Shown one piece after another: positions 27,005-32,000 of a DNA stretch of 32,000 nt (the first letter of the stretch is position 1; each line of letters opens with the position of its first letter). The DNA is from Raphidiopsis brookii D9 (GTDB taxonomy: Bacteria > Cyanobacteriota > Cyanobacteriia > Cyanobacteriales > Nostocaceae), in the NCBI GenBank assembly GCA_000175855.1, contig ACYB01000035.1, forward strand, positions 180,001 to 212,000, read 5' to 3'. Under the pieces are notes generated by a model. That model was not told the DNA's origin. It ran no database searches and saw only the letters and a program-made list of their open reading frames with translations. A program made the position numbers and the translations under genes.

Positions 27005-27781
27005 TTATTCCCATACTTTCCACGGTGCTTGATTACTTTTCCACAATTCATCTAAGTAGTTTTTATCTCTTAGAGTATCCATTGGTTGCCAAAATCCTTG
27101 ATGTTTAAAGGCTGATAATTGTTGCATATCAGCTAATTTTTCCAGAGGTTCCCCCTCCCAAACTGTATGGTCATCAAGAATAAAATTAATTACCTCTGGT
27201 TCTAAAACAAAATAACCGCCATTAATCCAAGCACCATCCCCCTCTGGTTTTTCTTTAAAACTGGTAATTTTAGTTTGTTCTTGTCCTAAAGAAATGGCCC
27301 CAAATCTTCCTGCTGGTTGGACAGCACTGAGGGTAGCTAAGGTTTTTTGGCTTTGGTGAAAATTAATTAGTTCGGTAATATTGATATTGCTAACACCATC
27401 TCCATAGGTAAAACAGAAAGTTTCATTACCAATATGTTCGCGCACTTTCTTCAATCTCCCACCTGTCATGGTATTATCGCCCGTATTTACCAAAGTAACC
27501 CGCCATGGTTCCGCATATCCCGAATGGATATTCATTTGATTAAATCTCATATCAAAAGTTACGTCTGACATGTGGAGGAAGTAGTTGGCAAAATACTCCT
27601 TAATAATGTAACCCTTATATCCACAACAAATGATAAAATCATTAATACCATGAGCTGAATATATTTTCATAATATGCCAAAGAATGGGCTTGCCACCTAC
27701 TTCTACCATTGGCTTAGGTCTAATACTAGTTTCTTCACTCAAACGTGTTCCTAAACCACCAGCTAGAATTACTGCTTTCAT
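27005..27781 (-). CDS. rfbF: Glucose-1-phosphate cytidylyltransferase
   Basis: MKAVILAGGLGTRLSEETSIRPKPMVEVGGKPILWHIMKIYSAHG, FCFTYGDGVSNI, WINGGYFVLEPEV, WQPMDTLRDKNYLDELW. Confidence 0.94.
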   Translation of the reverse strand: MKAVILAGGLGTRLSEETSIRPKPMVEVGGKPILWHIMKIYSAHGINDFIICCGYKGYIIKEYFANYFLHMSDVTFDMRFNQMNIHSGYAEPWRVTLVNTGDNTMTGGRLKKVREHIGNETFCFTYGDGVSNINITELINFHQSQKTLATLSAVQPAGRFGAISLGQEQTKITSFKEKPEGDGAWINGGYFVLEPEVINFILDDHTVWEGEPLEKLADMQQLSAFKHQGFWQPMDTLRDKNYLDELWKSNQAPWKVWE

Positions 27782-27828
27782 CTAAATACCTCTTTTTTGA
27801 TTTAAGTATTTGCCAGCACGACATAGAA

Positions 27829-27857
27829 ATTATAGAGATCGGACTTGATGGTCTCCA
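27829..27857 (-). promoter_or_regulatory. Candidate sigma70-type promoter of the HEP-like locus
   Basis: Minus strand TGGAGA-N17-TATAAT, with the -10 about 48 bp upstream of the rfbF ATG. Confidence 0.35.
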
Positions 27858-27981
27858 ACAAGTAAATTGTTTGGCTTGGTTTCCCTTTTTGATGGAACAT
27901 AATAGTAATTTAGCGAAAAAATCGCAACTGTTTATAAAGAGTCAGTAAATTTCGGGTGAGCCTTGAAATAAGATAATAGTC

Positions 27982-28023
27982 AAAAAAACGAGGAGACAGG
28001 TACTAGATATCTATCTCCTTGTT
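27982..28023 (-). terminator. Rho-independent terminator of the vWA-PP2C-kinase operon
   Basis: Minus strand AACAAGGAGA ... TCTCCTCGTT stem (10 bp with one wobble) followed by a T7 tract, about 30 bp after the kinase stop codon. Confidence 0.75.
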
Positions 28024-28052
28024 TAGGAAAATATGCTCTTTCTTAATATATT

Positions 28053-30245
28053 TCAGGGATTTACACTATAAATAATCGATGAATTCTGTAAAAAATAATC
28101 GCACTTTTCTTCAGCAATAACACAAATATTACTGATAGCTTGCTGGTAGTTGTTGACATCCTTTTTATTTAGATATAATTGGGCAGATTTTTCTAAATCT
28201 TCCAGAGCTCGTTGCTGATTATTCCTGGCTGTCTTTTCTCCATATTGGGCTAATTCATAGTAAATCATTCCTCTTTTGAGGAACACCTCTGCCATTTCCG
28301 GATTAATATTTAATGCCTGGTCAAAATCTGCGATCGCCTGTTTGTATATTTCAGCATAATTACTGCTATATTGACCAAATTGGTAACGAGATAGACCGCG
28401 CTGGAAGTATGCTTCTGCTTTAAAAGGATTGAGTTTAATTGCTTGTGTAAAGTCAGAAATAGATTTTTTATATTCCTGTTGTGAGTTATGACTATACTTA
28501 GCTATTTGTGAACGAACAACACCTCTTCTAACATAAGCATCATCATCTTGTTTATTAATATTGATAGCATTGTTAAAACTATCTATAGCTTTTTTGTATT
28601 CATAATCTGGATCATTACTATAGTCAGCCAGCTTAAAATAAGCATTACCACTATTAATAAATGCCTTAACTTCCTGGGGATTTATCTTCAAAGCAATACT
28701 ATAGTCTGATAATGCTCCTTGATAATCATTTAAATTGTAGCGAGCATTGCCTCTATGCATATATAATTTGGAAAAATTAGTATTTTGTTTGATCCCTTGG
28801 GTGAAATCCTCAATTGCTTGTTGGTAGTCCTGCTGTTGATAAGCCTGATTACCACGCTGATAGTAATCATGAAAACTTAAACTTAATGGGGAGTGAACAT
28901 TTTCGCTTCTACTAGACAATAAACTTTGTTTAGTGTAAGGACTGGGAGAAATAAAAATACGGGTGAATTTGATCATAATATCCAAATAGCCCAATACACC
29001 CAAACCTAAAAATCCAAACATAAGAGCATAAAACTTAGACCTATTTGACATTTGTATAGGTTTATAAATAGCTGAACTTGATTTCAAAGAGGATTGAGTA
29101 TAGGTTACTAAGACAGGAGTAGCTGATTTACGAACATGAGAAGCATATCTATAACGCTTGCGAGATTTTGGTCGAGGTTGATGATATTCCCTAGCAGAGA
29201 TTGTTTGCAAAGATGGAAAAGGGTCTCTTCCCCCTAACTTCACAGTGCGTTCACACCAGGGACAGGTATTAAGGTCAAAATGATAAACATGTTGAGGGTT
29301 AACAGCACAAGATACCAAACTTGCTTCTGCGGTAGATAAAACCGATAGCCAGGTTTGGGCACTGGGGCGTAAATGAGGAGAATGATGACCATCCTCAAAA
29401 CAGCTGACAAATAGATCTCGCACAGCAGGATGAAGAGTTTGCCAACTAGGAGTAATGGGAGTAGGTAAATAGGGGACTTTTTGTTTTTGGCTATAGGTAA
29501 AATGGCCAGCTAGAATGCGGTACTCATAACTGGGGGGATCTCCTAAACCTTGAAAAACACCGGAAAAAGGGTGATTACCCTCCATTAAAAGCTGAAATAT
29601 CAATACCCCTAACCCGAACAAATCATGATAGGTTTCCCGATTATAATCAGCAAAGGTTTTATTCTGAAGTTCTGGGGGAGTATATTCTGGTTTACCCACC
29701 AAACATCGATAAACCCTACTTTGAGACAGATCTGGGACTTGAAAGGAATCCGTATCTACTAAACTGACTAAAGCCGTATTACTGACCAGAATATTTGATT
29801 CATTAACATCACCAATACAGTAATTACTTGCATGTAAAGCAGCAACAGCTGCAGCCAAATTGCGAGCAGTGCGCAGCAAATATTGATAATTAAATAGGGG
29901 ACAGTTTTGACGACGATTACCAGGATTATAAAAATCTATAATAGGAACCATGTCTCGTATCCGTGGCATTAAAAAGCCAATAATAGTATCACTACCATCT
30001 ACAGCAGTTAATAACTCCTGTGGCCAGGCTATGGAAATATGACCAAAACTGGCCGCAGGATTTGCAGGGGGGTTGGCAATCATGGCCTGCAGTTTCTTGA
30101 TATGGTCAGAACTGGGGCGATGATAAATTTTGGCGACTAAATTTTCATCGCTTGAAACCGTATAAATGAAGGCTTCACCCCCGCGTCCCAAATTTTCCCG
30201 TAAATCCAGAACCTCTTGATTGGAAAAATAACGTAGTACCCGCAT
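28053..30245 (-). CDS. TerY-P-type protein kinase-like protein with C-terminal TPR array (ORF track strand label '+' is wrong)
   Basis: Revcomp of CGCAT at 30241-30245 gives the ATG; revcomp of TCA at 28053-28055 gives TGA. Kinase-like motifs LGRGGEAFIYTV, LVAKIY, IGDVNESNILV, LVDTDSF, GKPEYTPPEL; CPWC motif, probable TM segment (FYALMFGFLGLGVLGYLDI), then TPRs. Confidence 0.9.
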   Translation of the reverse strand: MRVLRYFSNQEVLDLRENLGRGGEAFIYTVSSDENLVAKIYHRPSSDHIKKLQAMIANPPANPAASFGHISIAWPQELLTAVDGSDTIIGFLMPRIRDMVPIIDFYNPGNRRQNCPLFNYQYLLRTARNLAAAVAALHASNYCIGDVNESNILVSNTALVSLVDTDSFQVPDLSQSRVYRCLVGKPEYTPPELQNKTFADYNRETYHDLFGLGVLIFQLLMEGNHPFSGVFQGLGDPPSYEYRILAGHFTYSQKQKVPYLPTPITPSWQTLHPAVRDLFVSCFEDGHHSPHLRPSAQTWLSVLSTAEASLVSCAVNPQHVYHFDLNTCPWCERTVKLGGRDPFPSLQTISAREYHQPRPKSRKRYRYASHVRKSATPVLVTYTQSSLKSSSAIYKPIQMSNRSKFYALMFGFLGLGVLGYLDIMIKFTRIFISPSPYTKQSLLSSRSENVHSPLSLSFHDYYQRGNQAYQQQDYQQAIEDFTQGIKQNTNFSKLYMHRGNARYNLNDYQGALSDYSIALKINPQEVKAFINSGNAYFKLADYSNDPDYEYKKAIDSFNNAININKQDDDAYVRRGVVRSQIAKYSHNSQQEYKKSISDFTQAIKLNPFKAEAYFQRGLSRYQFGQYSSNYAEIYKQAIADFDQALNINPEMAEVFLKRGMIYYELAQYGEKTARNNQQRALEDLEKSAQLYLNKKDVNNYQQAISNICVIAEEKCDYFLQNSSIIYSVNP

Positions 30246-30287
30246 AATTCAATGGTGATTAATAAACTCTATAAAACAAACCTTTTA

Positions 30288-31067
30288 TCAGCTACTAAAT
30301 GCTGCTAGTATCAATGTTAAATCATCATCTGTACGTTCAATTATTTTTCTAGAAGATAAAAAACTTGTTAACTGTTCTTGTGCTAGTTTATAGTCTTCAA
30401 TCTTGGTAACAAAATCAAACAAAGGTAAAAAGAAGGGTTGATGTGGTTGCTGAACTAGCATATTTAGAGCTAACATTTGTAGACCATCTGTAAGCACTCC
30501 AATATTAACTATGTTATGACGCAAAATTTGTATCTGAGTTGTAGTCACCGCTTCGGATGAAGTCAAAAATATGGTTTCATTGACATATTCGCCTCTGTGA
30601 GGAGTAGTCAGAGCTTGCAGTTTACCCGTGCTATCCCTAGTCACAGCCAAACCATCACCTATTTGTGCTACAGCTGCAAGTTTTGGGGTAGCAAGTACAA
30701 TAATTAAAGTAGTTGCTAGGTCAGATAGCTCATATTTGCTCACCTCAGCTTCCTTTTCCAAAGCCGTTTTGGCATTGATTATGGCATTGTGCAGCATCTC
30801 TCTTAATAGGGTATTATCAGCGATAATAGTGGCAATATCTTTCCGCTGGGATATATACTCTATAGCTGTTTGGGTCGCTATCACCGCTCCTGCTTTCCCT
30901 AGGTTCGCACAACCTGCTCCGTCTGCAACTGCTATTAATAATACATTATTGGGCAGTATATGCCAGTAGTAAGCATCTTGACACAACTGGTTACTTTTGG
31001 TGTGGCTGGTTCCACATACGGATGCGGCTGCTACTCGCCATTGAGCAACCTGTTTCGATGAGTTCAT
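30288..31067 (-). CDS. PP2C-family serine/threonine phosphatase
   Basis: GTSHTKSNQLCQDAYYW, LLIAVADGAGCANLGKAGA, GVLTDGLQMLAL, RTDDDLTLILA. Confidence 0.9.
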   Translation of the reverse strand: MNSSKQVAQWRVAAASVCGTSHTKSNQLCQDAYYWHILPNNVLLIAVADGAGCANLGKAGAVIATQTAIEYISQRKDIATIIADNTLLREMLHNAIINAKTALEKEAEVSKYELSDLATTLIIVLATPKLAAVAQIGDGLAVTRDSTGKLQALTTPHRGEYVNETIFLTSSEAVTTTQIQILRHNIVNIGVLTDGLQMLALNMLVQQPHQPFFLPLFDFVTKIEDYKLAQEQLTSFLSSRKIIERTDDDLTLILAAFSS

Positions 31068-31112
31068 AATCGCATAATTGGTAGCTGATGGCTGGCTATT
31101 GTCAATATGTAT

Positions 31113-31811
31113 TTAGATAGAACCCCAACCGATAGGTGGTAGTGCTACTTGCTCTTCTAACTGAGAATGGGATACAGCGGACATACTGGCTGAAAGCCAC
31201 ACAAACATTTCTACAAAGTTGAGACCTTTGAGTTTCAGTGGAGTTCGCACGGCTATTTCATGGAGACGATGCATATTGGCATTTTCTACCCCTACCGTAA
31301 AAAAAGCTACTTTTTTATTGAACTCGTCTCCTCGTAGACGCTGGGTTGCTTCTTCTATAACCTCATCTATCTCACCTTGGGGTTCACCATCTGTAATCAT
31401 AAATACCCATGGACGATAGTAAGCAATGCCATTGGCACGATACTGGGATTTGCGCTCCTGAATTATTTCTAGGGCTTTATTAATTCCCGCTCCCATAGTT
31501 GTTAATCCCTGAGCTGTTAGAATAGGAGGAGTAAATTGGTCTACGGTCACAAAATCTTGCACCACGCTTACATAACTATCAAAAGTAACAATTGCTACTT
31601 CTACCCTTCTGGCAGCTAGGGTATTCTTAACCAGTTCATCTTTAAAACTCAGTAGACCCTGATTTAGTGCTTCAATTCTATCACCCTGCATGGATCCAGA
31701 CGTATCTAGCAGGAGTACACAAGGACACCGAGGTTCTGGATTTTCTGCAAACTCAACCACTTCATCTAAGGTAAAGGTATTCAGCATAATTTCTTGTGTG
31801 ATGTCTTCCAA
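31113..31811 (-). CDS. TerY-like von Willebrand factor type A domain protein
   Basis: MIDAS motif CPCVLLLDTSGSMQGDRIEALNQGL, FDSYVSVVQDF, AQGLTTMGAGINKAL, MITDGEPQG. Track start is TTG; the ATG at about 31787 (MLNTFTLDEV) is an alternative start. Confidence 0.9.
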   Translation of the reverse strand: MEDITQEIMLNTFTLDEVVEFAENPEPRCPCVLLLDTSGSMQGDRIEALNQGLLSFKDELVKNTLAARRVEVAIVTFDSYVSVVQDFVTVDQFTPPILTAQGLTTMGAGINKALEIIQERKSQYRANGIAYYRPWVFMITDGEPQGEIDEVIEEATQRLRGDEFNKKVAFFTVGVENANMHRLHEIAVRTPLKLKGLNFVEMFVWLSASMSAVSHSQLEEQVALPPIGWGSI

Positions 31812-31833
31812 GGTTCTGATTTCCTATTCTCAA

Positions 31834-31839
31834 ATTATA
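31834..31839 (-). promoter_or_regulatory. Candidate -10 box (TATAAT) of the vWA-PP2C-kinase operon
   Basis: Minus strand TTGTAG-N20-TATAAT (or TTGTAG-N18-TATATA) just upstream of the first gene. Confidence 0.3.
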
Positions 31840-32000
31840 TAGTGTCTAGACTGTGGGGACTACAATTATTGCATCTGGTGGTAAATAAACAGAATTTGGT
31901 CTCCCAATTATTTCCCATTTAATTCTCCAGTCCAGGAAACTTGAGCATTACCATATAGTTTGTTACTGTCTAATTAATCTAAAGGTACACAATATTATAA

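Noticed and set aside
30628-30969. 113-aa plus-strand ORF
   Set aside because: Antisense to the PP2C gene, whose catalytic motifs are intact; a shadow ORF.
1-32000. CRISPR arrays, phage defence islands, retrons or intact mobile elements
   Set aside because: No regularly spaced repeats, no Cas/RT/transposase-like proteins, and all large ORFs are explained by polysaccharide, housekeeping or signalling families.

Overview
Cyanobacterial chromosomal window, probably from a small-genome heterocyst-forming lineage such as Raphidiopsis/Cylindrospermopsis; the species is my inference. From left to right it holds: the 3' end of a PEBP/YbhB-like gene, a secreted TPR protein, a tRNA-Pro(CGG), a secreted beta-propeller-like protein, a PIG-L deacetylase plus GT4 pair, and an aspartoacylase-like gene. 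A long minus-strand polysaccharide locus follows (about 27.8 kb down to 7.6 kb). Its content and order resemble the heterocyst envelope polysaccharide (HEP) island around hepC-hepA: RfbF, LhgO-like, SDR epimerase, GT2, 2OG-Fe(II) oxygenase-like, RfbC-like, SAF-domain oxidoreductase, GT4, Wzc-like, HepC-like, GT, HepA ABC exporter, four more GTs and an O-antigen-ligase/Wzy-like protein. At the right edge is a minus-strand vWA / PP2C / kinase-TPR operon matching the described TerY-P triad architecture. The supplied ORF track labels the 730-aa kinase ORF '+', but the sequence shows it is on the minus strand. Most of the system is recognisable as known families. The points most worth a second look are: (i) missing catalytic residues in the HepC-like phosphoglycosyltransferase, (ii) a degenerate Walker A in the Wzc-like protein, (iii) a CDP-glucose-type sugar branch with no recognisable 4,6-dehydratase, (iv) an apparent 1-nt frameshift at the 5' end of the polymerase gene, (v) the TPR-fused TerY-P kinase, and (vi) a set of mutually exclusive hairpins upstream of a small conserved-looking ORF.
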